Of a stretch of 64,000 nucleotides of DNA, positions 18,348 through 28,347 are shown piece by piece. Made by a program: the position numbers and the translations under genes. Position 1 is the first letter of the stretch. Each line of letters begins with the position of its first letter. The notes beneath the pieces were generated by a model that was given only the letters and a program-made list of their open reading frames with translations, was not told the DNA's origin and did no database searches. The stretch covers positions 42,478 through 106,477 of the forward strand of contig DAHR01000005.1 of NCBI GenBank assembly GCA_002498525.1, read 5' to 3'. This DNA is from Euryarchaeota archaeon UBA58. GTDB lineage: Archaea > Thermoplasmatota > Poseidoniia > Poseidoniales > Thalassarchaeaceae.

Positions 18348-18750
18348 GGATCCTCACCCCCTTGCCATTCGGATTCTCGTCCATCAGTTCGCGGATCGTC
18401 AGAACGCGCCCGCCTGCTTCTTCAATCTTGGAGCGGGCTCCGGTGCTGACACTGTAGGCGGCGACGTTCGGCTGTCCACTGACATCCCCACTGCCGAGCA
18501 ACTTACCGGGAACGAGGACGATATCCTCGTGTCCGGCATAGCGCGACAGACGGCTCAGGTTGGGTTCAGCCCAGTTGCTGCGACTCCTCTCGAGGCGCAG
18601 CGCCACGTCTCGCCACAGGGCAGAACCGGTCGACCTGCTCTGGTCCTTGAGATCGCCGATCAGGGCGACCAAGGCCTTGTTGGTCTTTCTCGTATTCGTA
18701 CTCATATGACTCCCTCGACGTTTGCTTGGGTAGCGCGCCCACCTGACCAT
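18340..18750 (-). CDS. rpl18e: 50S ribosomal protein L18e
   Basis: Archaeal eL18 order and motifs (NTRKTNKALVALI...). Conserved gene order L18e-L13-S9-RpoN. Confidence 0.75.
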   Translation of the reverse strand: MVRWARYPSKRRGSHMSTNTRKTNKALVALIGDLKDQSRSTGSALWRDVALRLERSRSNWAEPNLSRLSRYAGHEDIVLVPGKLLGSGDVSGQPNVAAYSVSTGARSKIEEAGGRVLTIRELMDENPNGKGVRILG

Positions 18751-18846
18751 CTGTTATGAATGCTGCGGGTTGCCCCTACGGGGCATCGCGGCGCAGTCCT
18801 CTGAAGTGAAGAAGAAGGGGGAGAAACGCCCCCTCCAACCTCATCC

Positions 18847-21800
18847 TCAGATTCGGAATCCTGACTCTTCATCAGAACCTTCATCGACGCCAGCAATGCG
18901 CTCCTGCCCCTCTGCGTCCACGAATGTGCCAGCCTTGACGACTGAGCCGTAGAGGCCCGACTCGTTGTCGGGGGTTCGATTGAGCATACCCTCGCCCAGA
19001 GCAGCGCTGATGTGACTGACTATCGACTCAAGCGCTCCGATCGCTCGATCACGCTGGTCGGCGCCAATCTCGTGATCCGAGTATCGTGCTTCCTCGAAGA
19101 GTGAGAAGAAGGTGTTGAGATCCTCTGGAGGTGCGATGCCAGAGAGCATGCTGTTGACCGCATCCTCGAACTCCCTCGTGGTTTCGTAGACCTTCTTCAT
19201 CGCGCCTCTGCCGCGGAAGAATCTGACCAATTCCTTGTAGCAGTTGAAAATCGTCGCGATGTACTCGTTCGATGCCTTGAGCGACATCAGCGAATCGGTC
19301 AGAATTCCTCGTAGAATCTCGATGCGTCGGCGCTCGACGTAATTTCGATACATTATCGCACCGATGAGCGCAGCGAAGGCGAGTGCGATGCCGAGGATGG
19401 TGAAGACCTGGAGAGTCCAGAAATCCGTCTGACCGAGAGTGATCGGTTCACCGAGGAAGATCGATGGAGTGTTGTTGAGGTACTCCTCTTCAAACTCGTG
19501 TGAGCCCTCGAAGTGGATCATGACCCGCCATTCTCCTTTCACAGCGCAGGGCCCTCCATCTTCGCATGGGTCCTTACCCACGAGGTCCGTGCCAGAATAA
19601 AGGAAGCTGAATGCAGCGACCCCCTTCTCGTCAGTCGTCGCGATTTTATACTCAAAGAGGACCCATGCGGATCCATTCCAGTACTGGTATCTGAAAATCA
19701 CCGTCTGATGCTCCACAGCGATATCCATTCGATCGCGTAGAATAGCCACTGAACCAGTGACGTTGCCCCCTACTTGGTAACCGTCGGGATTGGACCAGTG
19801 ATTCTTCAGCAGGATGTCGACGCGGCTGCGTACCAGCACTTCGACATCGATGTACGAGCCGTTGACCACTGGAGTGGTCTCGGCTCGACAACCGCCTGGA
19901 AGCTCCTTGTTCGGTTCGTATGCGATTCGAACGATTCGGAAGCCTTCCATCTTGTCCGAAGTCGGCTCGACACCGCGGCGGCTCGGATTGTCATCCGGGT
20001 CGCCGCTGAACCATTCTATCTCGCCAGTGCCATCGCGGGTGATCGCGGTGGCGACCGGGCGAGTGTTCGTTGCAGGATCGAGGTAGATGTTGAGGCACTT
20101 TCCACCGATCGGGTTGCCGTTGGTCTGCGACAGACGAGCATCGAGGTGGAATGATTCCTTGAGGTAGAGCACGGGGAATACCGAACCGTTCTGGAAGGAG
20201 TATGTGTCGACGTCGTTGCGGAACGGCCCAATCTCCTGCAGTTGCAGCGTCGAATTCGAGAAGACTGGGAAGAGTCGGGTGACGCTGGCGTTGTGGTAGC
20301 GGTAACGGTCGTTGTTCTCGTAGGAGTTGAATTCGATCTTGACTCTCGCCTGGCCGGCCGCTACGCCACTCAGCGGACAGGTAATCTCGAAGAATCCATC
20401 GACGTTGGTGGCGCCTGGCAGGCAGGCGACGATGCCGGTCTCCGAACCGACCATCTCGTAGGTGACGCGCACGGCGCGGTTCGATAGATTGGAACCGAGT
20501 TCATCGACGAGTTGGCCAGTGACGGTCATCGGCTTCTCGATCGGTTGACCCGTCGTCGGGTCGATCTCGGATGTGTAGACGATCTGATCGTCGACATTGA
20601 GATTGGTTCTGCCAATCAGACTGTAGCCATCGACCTGGAACTGCATCACTCGTCGGTAATGGTCGCTGTTGACGGTCTGGGCGCATGGATCCCATGCCCC
20701 CGAAGTATGGAGATTATCGTCGCTGAGAGGTTCACAACCCTCGTGAGGGAGGTTCTCCTCGAAGCGCAGTACCACGTTCACAGGGCCGAATCCATCCGGC
20801 AGGAAGGATTGTGGGTCATCGCGCAGGAGTTGTGGGTCGAGGATCATCTCGTAGTGTATCGAGCCGGCGTTGGGGCAAAGAGTCTCGACGATCTGCCGGT
20901 GAGTCCGGTCTTCGAAGTCTGTCCCTTCCATAATCAAGAGGACTTCGCCACCATTCTCGGCGCAACCATCGAGGGCTTGACCTGAATCCTTGATCAGAGC
21001 CGTGCGATTATCGTCGGTGACTTGGGCAGTGAATTCCCATATATCGCCGCTCGAACGGATGTTCGGCGTCGTACCCTGCAGACTGATGTAGGTTCTCGAC
21101 ACGACCCAGAGATGCATCTCGCCAGCAGTGCCGTGTCGCAACGGGTCGCCAGGATATGCGTAAGTCAGAGTGAAATTGCCCAGTTCATGACTGGGCTCGA
21201 TTGTCAGATTGACCGTGAAATAACCCAGGTTGTCGGTCTCGGCGATGCCGTTTGAGCCATCTGCGGACCACAAGAAATTGACTTGAGCGCTGCGCACAGG
21301 TTGCAGTGCATTGTCGAGCAACCGCACATCTATGGTGCGATTCTGACCGCGATAGAGGCGCGGTTGGAATTGCTCCTGGAAGCTCGTCGTACCGATCACG
21401 GAGACGTTGAGGTAGGCTCCGGTAGGTGCGAGGACCGAGGTCTGGTTTCCGGTGAAGTAGAAGTTAGAGTTGGTGAAATCGGCGCGGATTCCGTAGTGAC
21501 CTGCTGGATACTGAGAATACCAAGTCCAATTGTAATCGAAGGTCGCGACGCCATCGATCATCTGTGGCGCGCGCGCGTATCCAGTCTCTTGAGAGCCGGC
21601 GAAGATGCCGTTGTGATCGATGTCGATCTGCAGCGTCATTGGATCGTGTGGCCATGGCACCAGAGTTCGGTTCCAGACGCTGCCAATGACTCGAAGTGTC
21701 TCGCCAGTGAACATCTCAGGAATGATCTCACAACGGACTTTGCTATCGGGATCGGTGGCATCGATGGGTCCACATGGTGGCACGTTGAAGTCGCCACCAT

Positions 21801-24800
21801 TCTGCATTCCGATTCGCCAATGGGTGTCGTTTGAAGACAAGAATGGTCGTAATCGAGCAGACTCGCCTGTCAATCCCTCGACCGTGCCGTCCCACAGCAT
21901 CGCATTCTGCTTGCCGAGGCTGACATCAGCATAATCGAGGCCGGCAGCGGCCAGCGACGGTGCGTGGAAGAGGGCTCTCCAGGCTCCAAAGGAGGAGCCG
22001 GTGAATTGGGTCGTGTCGTAGAAGTAGACTGGTCGGACTGAAGGCGTGTACATGTCCGCTTCGATGTACATGCGGTGCATCGAGCGAATCACGAACGACT
22101 CGGTCTCCGCACCTTCGAGATATGGGAATGGCCATTCGTCGCCGAGATCCGGTCTCGAGAAGCCGATGAATGCGTAATCGCCGATTGGCAGGCTGGTGTT
22201 GGTGTAATCGTAACGGCCGAGCACATGGTGCTTCTTGGCATTGTCATCCCAGACGATTTCCTCATATCCACCGGGTAACCTTCCGACGCCATTGTCCATA
22301 GTCGAATTCCATTGAACCTGTTTCCACTGACCTTGCGCACCGGCGGTCTGGACGAATGTCAACGAGACCCAGCCGCCTGTATCTGCGCGGTAGCCGTAGC
22401 CGTAGCCGTCGAAATTGGTCGGATGGGTTCGGTTGCCGAAGGGGCCGCCGCTGACGGTGAATGAGACTGGAGCGTGAGCGATTCTGTTGTCGAAGAATCC
22501 ACGATCCCAGTCAGCAGTATAATGGACCTTGTAATCGACGAAGAGTGGCTGTTCATCGCTTCGGAAATAAGTCCAAGCGACATAATCGAGAGTCGTGTTC
22601 GCACGAATCTCGACAGGAACCGGTTCGGTCTGCGATCCGTCATGGATGAACATCTCTGTGACCTCCGCGTAGACGTTATAGGTGGTGTTTGGACCGACTT
22701 TGAGGTCCTCGGGGAGCAGGAACTGGCCTACTACGAAGGCGCCTGCTGCGTCGGTCAGGACATCGACGGTCTCGAGAGCGAGTGTGCCGTTGCGAGCCCA
22801 TTCGATGGTGATTTGAACCGGCAGGTTGGGGGCTGGCTCGAAGACTCCAGTATCCGGATTGAGCCAATTCACAGCACCTCTGAAGGTGGCTGGGAATTGT
22901 GCATCGAGCCAGAGCACCTCAGGCATCGTCAGATTGATTCTCGTAGGAATCTTATCATCCTCGTCGAGGATTCCGTCGTTGTCGGAATCCCAGTCAGAGG
23001 TGTTCGAGTAATCTTCCTCCAAATGGTCCCAATCGCGGTCGGGTCGCTGATCTGCGTCGTCGTCCTCATCGATTGCGTCCGGACCAGTGAATGGGTCGCT
23101 TGGGTCTGCGATTCCTGAGCCATTTCCGAAATCATCGTGATCCCAAGGATTCGTAGACTGTTGACCGAAACGAGAGGGCCAGAGCATGATCTCGTCCTTG
23201 TCAAGCATACCGTCAGCATCGTCATCGAGGTCAACGTCGTCGCGCAGACCATCGTTATCGTGGTCCCAAGGAGAGATCAGTGGTGTCGCAGTCGCCAATT
23301 CCAGAGTATTGACGATCCCGTCGCCATCCCAGTCATCGTCAGCCCAATCAAGCACGCCATCGTTATCGTGATCCCAGACACTCTGCTCCTCACCGACGAA
23401 ACACAGAGTCTCCTGGACGATATCCAAAATGCCGTTGTTATCGTCGTCAGGATCCTCACCATCTGGTACACCATCGTTGTCGTTGTCGACGTCGTAATAT
23501 CGCGGAAACAAGAGACCTTGGCCTAGAATTCCCTTATCCCAGACGGCTTGGAACCAGCCGTCACCATCGGGATCAGTGTCGGTGCCGTCGTCGTCATTGT
23601 CGACGCAATTAGTGCCGGTGAAGAAATTGCCTGGCGGCTCGGTATTCGCATCGTCATCCCAGTCATCGTCGCTATCGATTTCGAAGTAATCCCACACCCC
23701 ATCGCCGTCATCGTCGACATCCCAATGATCGTAAACACCGTCAAAGTCGTCGTCGAGATCGGCCGTATCATTGACCATGCATGAAGGATTCATGTTTCCA
23801 GCAATCGGTGCCCCGCAATCGTCGTCGGGATCGACATCGTTGTTCAGCAGGTCGGCGACTTCGTCAGGGAAGAGATTGGCATTGCTGTCTGAGACCCATT
23901 GGAACAATCCGTAGTTGATGCCGACATAAGCCGTCCAGAGATCACGATTGTCCTTCATCTGATTGTAATTCACAGCAGAACTGGGCCCAGCATCACCCGG
24001 TCCGAGGAAGTCGAAGTGGAAGCAATTCTGCTGACAGGTCCAAGCGCCCTGAGAATTGCTGCCATTGTAAGGTCCGTCATCGTGCTCGATGTCAGGGCGC
24101 GATGAATAAGGTAGTGTGTAAATAATCTGGCCGGTGCGAGAGGTTCTTTGTAGCGGATATCCGAAAAGCCAGGCGTAAGCTAAACCACACGCCTGATCGG
24201 ATTGAACATCATCGAAGATACCGAGAATGAAGACGAAGGACTTGCCGCACTCGTTATTATCGAACGATCCGCCCTTTCCGGGGTCATTCACATCGAGTAT
24301 TCCGTCGTTGCCCTCGTCCTGGTCCCACCAGTCCGGCAAACCGTCGCCGTCTTGGTCGACATCGATTCCATTCACCAGAGAATCGCCATCCATGTCGATG
24401 TCCCAGTAATTATCGCCATTCCACGGACTCCAGCGCATCAATACATGCCAGTACATCTCAGGAATCTGACCGTTGGTCATCGGCAGCGTCGTGTCGTCGA
24501 AACCATTGTGGGGATAGACGAATCCTTGGTCAATCGTGAACGGATTGAAGAACCAAAACATCTCCCAATGTGTGCTCTCCAGCACAGTCCAGAGAGCACT
24601 GTCATCAGAGCCGTCGATTATATCACCGTCGCCGTGGGAATAGCCATTCCACCAAGCAAATTGATCGGTCGCGTCTGAGTCGACTACGCCGCAGTTTCCA
24701 TCGTCGGGATCGTAGTAATCGGGGATTCCGTCGTTGTCGTCATCCCAATCCACGTCGTTGGCCAAACCATCTCCATCAATGTCGGTGTCGATGTCGTTAG

Positions 24801-26820
24801 GTCCGTCGTCGCGGTATCTTGAACCATTCAGAAGATGTAGATCGTTGTCGTCGTCAAGGTCGCAATTCGGGTCAATGTCCAGCCAATCGAGGATTCCGTC
24901 GTTATCGTCATCGACGTCCTCCCAATTGTTTATTCCATCGCCATCCCAGTCGTTATTACCGGTGTACGACTTACGCATCACCGTACAATTCATATGGGGA
25001 TTCTGTGGATTGGGATTGGTGATTGTAGGGCAGTCCCATGCGGCCACTTGGTCTTCGGTGGAAAGCATGAATGGGTCTTCCTCATTCAGTAAGCCATCGT
25101 TGTCAAGGTCGTAAGGCAAATCGTTTGAGTCGAACCGAGGAGCGCCGATTGGGTTGTCCGCTTCTCCTAAGCTCAGAGCCCCCATATCTTCGTCCATCCA
25201 GTCCCAGACCAGATCATAATCCTGATCGATAGCACGATAACGGTCATCGTCGAGATCACGGTCATAATCGATTTCGCAATCGCGACCAGGAATCTGGATG
25301 GCGAATTCATTGGGATAATCACCCACACCATCGCCATTGGTGTCGAGTTGCATGCACTCATCGGGAATTCCATCGTTGTCATCATCGGGGTCGTACATGT
25401 CCAACAAGCCATCGTTATCGTCGTCGGTGTCGGCTGAATCGGGTGTTCCATCATTGTCATTGTCTGGATCTAGGAAGTTTGGTATTCCATCGCCATCGAG
25501 GTCTCCGTCAAAAATTTCAGTGAATGATTGATTGCGAGGGTGCCAGCCGGCTTCAAGAGCGACGAAATCGACTCCGCCGATGTATTCTGAATAGGTGTTA
25601 CTCGATGTGCTCGTTGCCTGAACTGTGATTGTCGCAGTCATCGCGGGGTGGATGGTGCAGGAATAACCGAAACTCGCCGCATCAGCGAATGTGAAACTCC
25701 AGGATGCGCCAGGCGCAATGACGCCACTGTCGAAAGCGCCGATGTCGGAAGTCACAGTATGGTCTTGAGTGTCGGTGTTGGTCCAGACCACTGTGTCGCC
25801 AACGTTGATGGTTAGGCTGCGAGCACTGTAAGCGCCTGACTGGATGTTGATATTGTGAGTCTGGGCTGAAACCCAAACATACGCTGCATCCCAGAGGGGT
25901 GCGGTGTCTGTGATATTGGTTGTCACCGAAGCATCCCAAGGATGTGAATCCCAGATATCCTCGACGCCGTCGTTGTCATCGTCGATGTCGAAATAATCCA
26001 TCGCACCGTCGCCATCGAAATCGCAAGGCCAGGTGAACTGGTCGATGCGGGCATCGTTGTCGTCGTCCTCATCATAGGAGCCACGACCACTGCCGTCGAT
26101 GTCCTCATCGGGGACGCCGTCATTGTCGTGATCCATCGGGTTCTGATCGACACGGTATCCCGTGCCGACAGCAAAGCCGGTCCATGGGTGGACGGTATTC
26201 GGTTCGAGATAGCGGTCAGCGCTGACATTCCAAGGGTCAGCCCCCTGGGTGTAGTCAATCGGTCCTTCGAGAATGCCGTCGTTGTCGTCATCCCAATCCT
26301 GCTCGTCCAGAATGCCATCATTGTCATGGTCGAAGGGATCGGTTCCATAGCAACCGTCGAACCGCTCGATTAGATCGCTGATGCCGTCATTGTCATCATC
26401 GAGGTCATCGAGATCACCGATACCATCATTGTCGTGATCCTCGGTGTTGGTCTCCTCGAGGAAGAAGCCATAACCAGGGTTGGTCAGAAGCACGGATGGG
26501 TCGGATATCTTGCCTGAATAGGAAGCTGGGTCGACCCATCGGGGGTCGGTGAATGCAGGGTGGTTGTATGCCATCTCTGTAGCAGGCTGTCCCTGTGTAG
26601 CCCCTGCGGTCTGTCCTTCGGACTGGTAGAACTGCTGATAGGCGGTTCGTGCAGAAGCCTCTCCGACATCTGCGAGATTTTGGCTCGATTCCTCGCGATC
26701 AAGGAAATTATACATCTGGGTACTCAGTACCAACAGCATGACCATGAGAATTGCCGTGCTACTCTTCTTTCTTCCATCGTGACTGTACCAAGTCTGTGTC
26801 AGTTCGTTCATTAAGACCAC
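18847..26820 (-). CDS. Giant (2657 aa) membrane-anchored surface protein with thrombospondin-type-3-like Ca-binding repeats, a cupredoxin (type-1 copper) domain, Ig-like/carboxypeptidase-regulatory-like domains, a C-terminal TM helix and cytoplasmic tail
   Basis: N-terminal signal anchor (STAILMVMLLVLSTQ). Dozens of D-x-D-x-DG-x-x-D repeats (DHDNDGIGD, DDDNDGISD, ...). Cupredoxin block INVGDTVVWTNTDTQDHTVTSD...FGYSCTIHPAMTATITV. C-terminal TM FTILGIALAFAALIGAIMY followed by about 190 cytoplasmic residues. Confidence 0.8.
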   Translation of the reverse strand: MVLMNELTQTWYSHDGRKKSSTAILMVMLLVLSTQMYNFLDREESSQNLADVGEASARTAYQQFYQSEGQTAGATQGQPATEMAYNHPAFTDPRWVDPASYSGKISDPSVLLTNPGYGFFLEETNTEDHDNDGIGDLDDLDDDNDGISDLIERFDGCYGTDPFDHDNDGILDEQDWDDDNDGILEGPIDYTQGADPWNVSADRYLEPNTVHPWTGFAVGTGYRVDQNPMDHDNDGVPDEDIDGSGRGSYDEDDDNDARIDQFTWPCDFDGDGAMDYFDIDDDNDGVEDIWDSHPWDASVTTNITDTAPLWDAAYVWVSAQTHNINIQSGAYSARSLTINVGDTVVWTNTDTQDHTVTSDIGAFDSGVIAPGASWSFTFADAASFGYSCTIHPAMTATITVQATSTSSNTYSEYIGGVDFVALEAGWHPRNQSFTEIFDGDLDGDGIPNFLDPDNDNDGTPDSADTDDDNDGLLDMYDPDDDNDGIPDECMQLDTNGDGVGDYPNEFAIQIPGRDCEIDYDRDLDDDRYRAIDQDYDLVWDWMDEDMGALSLGEADNPIGAPRFDSNDLPYDLDNDGLLNEEDPFMLSTEDQVAAWDCPTITNPNPQNPHMNCTVMRKSYTGNNDWDGDGINNWEDVDDDNDGILDWLDIDPNCDLDDDNDLHLLNGSRYRDDGPNDIDTDIDGDGLANDVDWDDDNDGIPDYYDPDDGNCGVVDSDATDQFAWWNGYSHGDGDIIDGSDDSALWTVLESTHWEMFWFFNPFTIDQGFVYPHNGFDDTTLPMTNGQIPEMYWHVLMRWSPWNGDNYWDIDMDGDSLVNGIDVDQDGDGLPDWWDQDEGNDGILDVNDPGKGGSFDNNECGKSFVFILGIFDDVQSDQACGLAYAWLFGYPLQRTSRTGQIIYTLPYSSRPDIEHDDGPYNGSNSQGAWTCQQNCFHFDFLGPGDAGPSSAVNYNQMKDNRDLWTAYVGINYGLFQWVSDSNANLFPDEVADLLNNDVDPDDDCGAPIAGNMNPSCMVNDTADLDDDFDGVYDHWDVDDDGDGVWDYFEIDSDDDWDDDANTEPPGNFFTGTNCVDNDDDGTDTDPDGDGWFQAVWDKGILGQGLLFPRYYDVDNDNDGVPDGEDPDDDNNGILDIVQETLCFVGEEQSVWDHDNDGVLDWADDDWDGDGIVNTLELATATPLISPWDHDNDGLRDDVDLDDDADGMLDKDEIMLWPSRFGQQSTNPWDHDDFGNGSGIADPSDPFTGPDAIDEDDDADQRPDRDWDHLEEDYSNTSDWDSDNDGILDEDDKIPTRINLTMPEVLWLDAQFPATFRGAVNWLNPDTGVFEPAPNLPVQITIEWARNGTLALETVDVLTDAAGAFVVGQFLLPEDLKVGPNTTYNVYAEVTEMFIHDGSQTEPVPVEIRANTTLDYVAWTYFRSDEQPLFVDYKVHYTADWDRGFFDNRIAHAPVSFTVSGGPFGNRTHPTNFDGYGYGYRADTGGWVSLTFVQTAGAQGQWKQVQWNSTMDNGVGRLPGGYEEIVWDDNAKKHHVLGRYDYTNTSLPIGDYAFIGFSRPDLGDEWPFPYLEGAETESFVIRSMHRMYIEADMYTPSVRPVYFYDTTQFTGSSFGAWRALFHAPSLAAAGLDYADVSLGKQNAMLWDGTVEGLTGESARLRPFLSSNDTHWRIGMQNGGDFNVPPCGPIDATDPDSKVRCEIIPEMFTGETLRVIGSVWNRTLVPWPHDPMTLQIDIDHNGIFAGSQETGYARAPQMIDGVATFDYNWTWYSQYPAGHYGIRADFTNSNFYFTGNQTSVLAPTGAYLNVSVIGTTSFQEQFQPRLYRGQNRTIDVRLLDNALQPVRSAQVNFLWSADGSNGIAETDNLGYFTVNLTIEPSHELGNFTLTYAYPGDPLRHGTAGEMHLWVVSRTYISLQGTTPNIRSSGDIWEFTAQVTDDNRTALIKDSGQALDGCAENGGEVLLIMEGTDFEDRTHRQIVETLCPNAGSIHYEMILDPQLLRDDPQSFLPDGFGPVNVVLRFEENLPHEGCEPLSDDNLHTSGAWDPCAQTVNSDHYRRVMQFQVDGYSLIGRTNLNVDDQIVYTSEIDPTTGQPIEKPMTVTGQLVDELGSNLSNRAVRVTYEMVGSETGIVACLPGATNVDGFFEITCPLSGVAAGQARVKIEFNSYENNDRYRYHNASVTRLFPVFSNSTLQLQEIGPFRNDVDTYSFQNGSVFPVLYLKESFHLDARLSQTNGNPIGGKCLNIYLDPATNTRPVATAITRDGTGEIEWFSGDPDDNPSRRGVEPTSDKMEGFRIVRIAYEPNKELPGGCRAETTPVVNGSYIDVEVLVRSRVDILLKNHWSNPDGYQVGGNVTGSVAILRDRMDIAVEHQTVIFRYQYWNGSAWVLFEYKIATTDEKGVAAFSFLYSGTDLVGKDPCEDGGPCAVKGEWRVMIHFEGSHEFEEEYLNNTPSIFLGEPITLGQTDFWTLQVFTILGIALAFAALIGAIMYRNYVERRRIEILRGILTDSLMSLKASNEYIATIFNCYKELVRFFRGRGAMKKVYETTREFEDAVNSMLSGIAPPEDLNTFFSLFEEARYSDHEIGADQRDRAIGALESIVSHISAALGEGMLNRTPDNESGLYGSVVKAGTFVDAEGQERIAGVDEGSDEESGFRI

Positions 26821-27071
26821 CGAAGTGCTCGGGCACCTTCGTCGAACTTATGAACGGAACCCCTCGTATGTGCGCGAGCGTATCACGCGAGCCTATCCGT
26901 ATCACATTCCATGCAATTCACGCTCCAAATCACAGTGGCTCCATGCCATCAACGCTCCACACCGTTCTCGATTCGATGCACTCGAGTTTGCGGTTTCTCT
27001 TCGAATTAAAGACTGACTCAGATATTGTGCTGCCCCTGAATTGAAAAGTGTGTGTTCATTGGCGAGCCTCG

Positions 27072-27452
27072 ATGACGCCTATCCGCTGGGTTCTTCGCGC
27101 GAAGATTCACCGGGCAGTCGTGACTCAGGCCGACTTGGATTATGTCGGATCAATCTCAATCGATGAGGACCTTCTGGATGCGGCTGGCATCGTCGAGTGG
27201 GAGAAGGTCGGCGTCCTCGATGTGACCAATGGTGTACGGCTCGAGACCTACGCGATCAAGGCACCACGCGGCTCTGGAGAAATCGGCATCAATGGTGCTG
27301 CTGCGCACCTCATTCACCCGGGTGACTTGGTGATTCTCGTGACTTACCAAGGAGTTGAGGAAGGCGAAATCGACTCCCATGAACCACGCATCGTCCACGT
27401 CGATTCGAATAATCGCATCACTGGACTGGTCAGCACTGAATCGAATTACTGA
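27072..27452 (+). CDS. panD: Aspartate 1-decarboxylase (pyruvoyl-dependent)
   Basis: [30 protein letters not shown]...[26 protein letters not shown] with the Gly-Ser self-cleavage site. The track ORF starts 8 codons upstream. Confidence 0.85.
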   Translation: MTPIRWVLRAKIHRAVVTQADLDYVGSISIDEDLLDAAGIVEWEKVGVLDVTNGVRLETYAIKAPRGSGEIGINGAAAHLIHPGDLVILVTYQGVEEGEIDSHEPRIVHVDSNNRITGLVSTESNY

Positions 27453-27484
27453 TCCATAGCGAATTCAGGACTCTTCGCACTGAT

Positions 27485-27919
27485 TCAGACTCTGTGATAC
27501 GGCGAACCCTTGATGATCATACAGGCTCTGTACAGCTGCTCGAGCAGAACCACTGCAGCCAACTCATGTGGAAAAGTGATCAGACCGAGCGAAAGAGAAT
27601 GCATGCCATCACTGTGTTCAGCGAATCCACCGGGGGGTCCTACAACAAGGTGGATATCGTCACTGGACAGACGCCACTCTTTCATCTTCTCAGCATAGCC
27701 CATGCTGTCGATGACCTCGCCCTTCTCTTCGAGAATTATCACCGAGGCTGCTCCGGACTTCTCGACTATCGATTTCAGATAGGGGCCTGGTTCGGTGCGA
27801 TTTCGGTGCTCGATCAACTGCACGCCGTCTCCTGCGAGCCTGTTGGCATAATCGGAGATGGCGATGCGGAAGGCGGCATCTCGAGCTCGCCCATGCAGGT
27901 GGACGTTGATGCGCCCCAT
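27485..27919 (-). CDS. rlmH: 23S rRNA (pseudouridine1915-N3)-methyltransferase RlmH (SPOUT)
   Basis: VVGPPGGF, SLSLGLITFPHELAAVVLLEQLYRACMIIKGSPYHR match the RlmH C-terminus. Start chosen at MGRINVHL. Confidence 0.7.
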   Translation of the reverse strand: MGRINVHLHGRARDAAFRIAISDYANRLAGDGVQLIEHRNRTEPGPYLKSIVEKSGAASVIILEEKGEVIDSMGYAEKMKEWRLSSDDIHLVVGPPGGFAEHSDGMHSLSLGLITFPHELAAVVLLEQLYRACMIIKGSPYHRV

Positions 27920-28023
27920 GCATTTGCGAGAGCGAGGAGTGTAATGATAGATTCGCAAGCCGACTTGCTGGCTCATTCGCAAGCATCAAGCGTGAGGGCA
28001 CCGGCGCTGCGATTGGGATTTGC

Positions 28024-28347
28024 ATGAGCTGGTGGCCTTTCAAACGCAAGTCCAAGCCGTTTCAAGAAGATCCGCACATACGTGGAACCCAAGTCTGGTT
28101 GCAGGATCTGCGCGAAGTATGTGAGCGCAACTTCGATAATCCAACTGAAGGTCAACGAATGGTTCGAGAATTGCAGGTCGAGTGGACCGCTGCCAATGCC
28201 AGAGAGGAGGTCGATGAAGCACTCCTCGCGGGATTGAATCGACGAACGTTGCGCCTTCTTCGAGCGGATGTGGATGAATGGCTGAAATGGCTCGATGATG
28301 ATGATTTCTGGAAACCAGGATGGCGAGATGAACCGCGAGAGGAGTGA
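28024..28347 (+). CDS. Hypothetical small Trp-rich cytoplasmic protein
   Basis: 107-aa ORF; its stop overlaps the next start (ATGA), suggesting an operon. Confidence 0.4.
   Translation: MSWWPFKRKSKPFQEDPHIRGTQVWLQDLREVCERNFDNPTEGQRMVRELQVEWTAANAREEVDEALLAGLNRRTLRLLRADVDEWLKWLDDDDFWKPGWRDEPREE

Noticed and set aside
18847-26820. Highly repetitive DNA (DDDNDG-encoding units) that could be mistaken for a CRISPR or tandem-repeat array
   Set aside because: Repeats are degenerate, in-frame and protein-coding (thrombospondin-type-3-like calcium-binding motifs) within one continuous ORF. There are no spacer/repeat periodicity and no cas genes.
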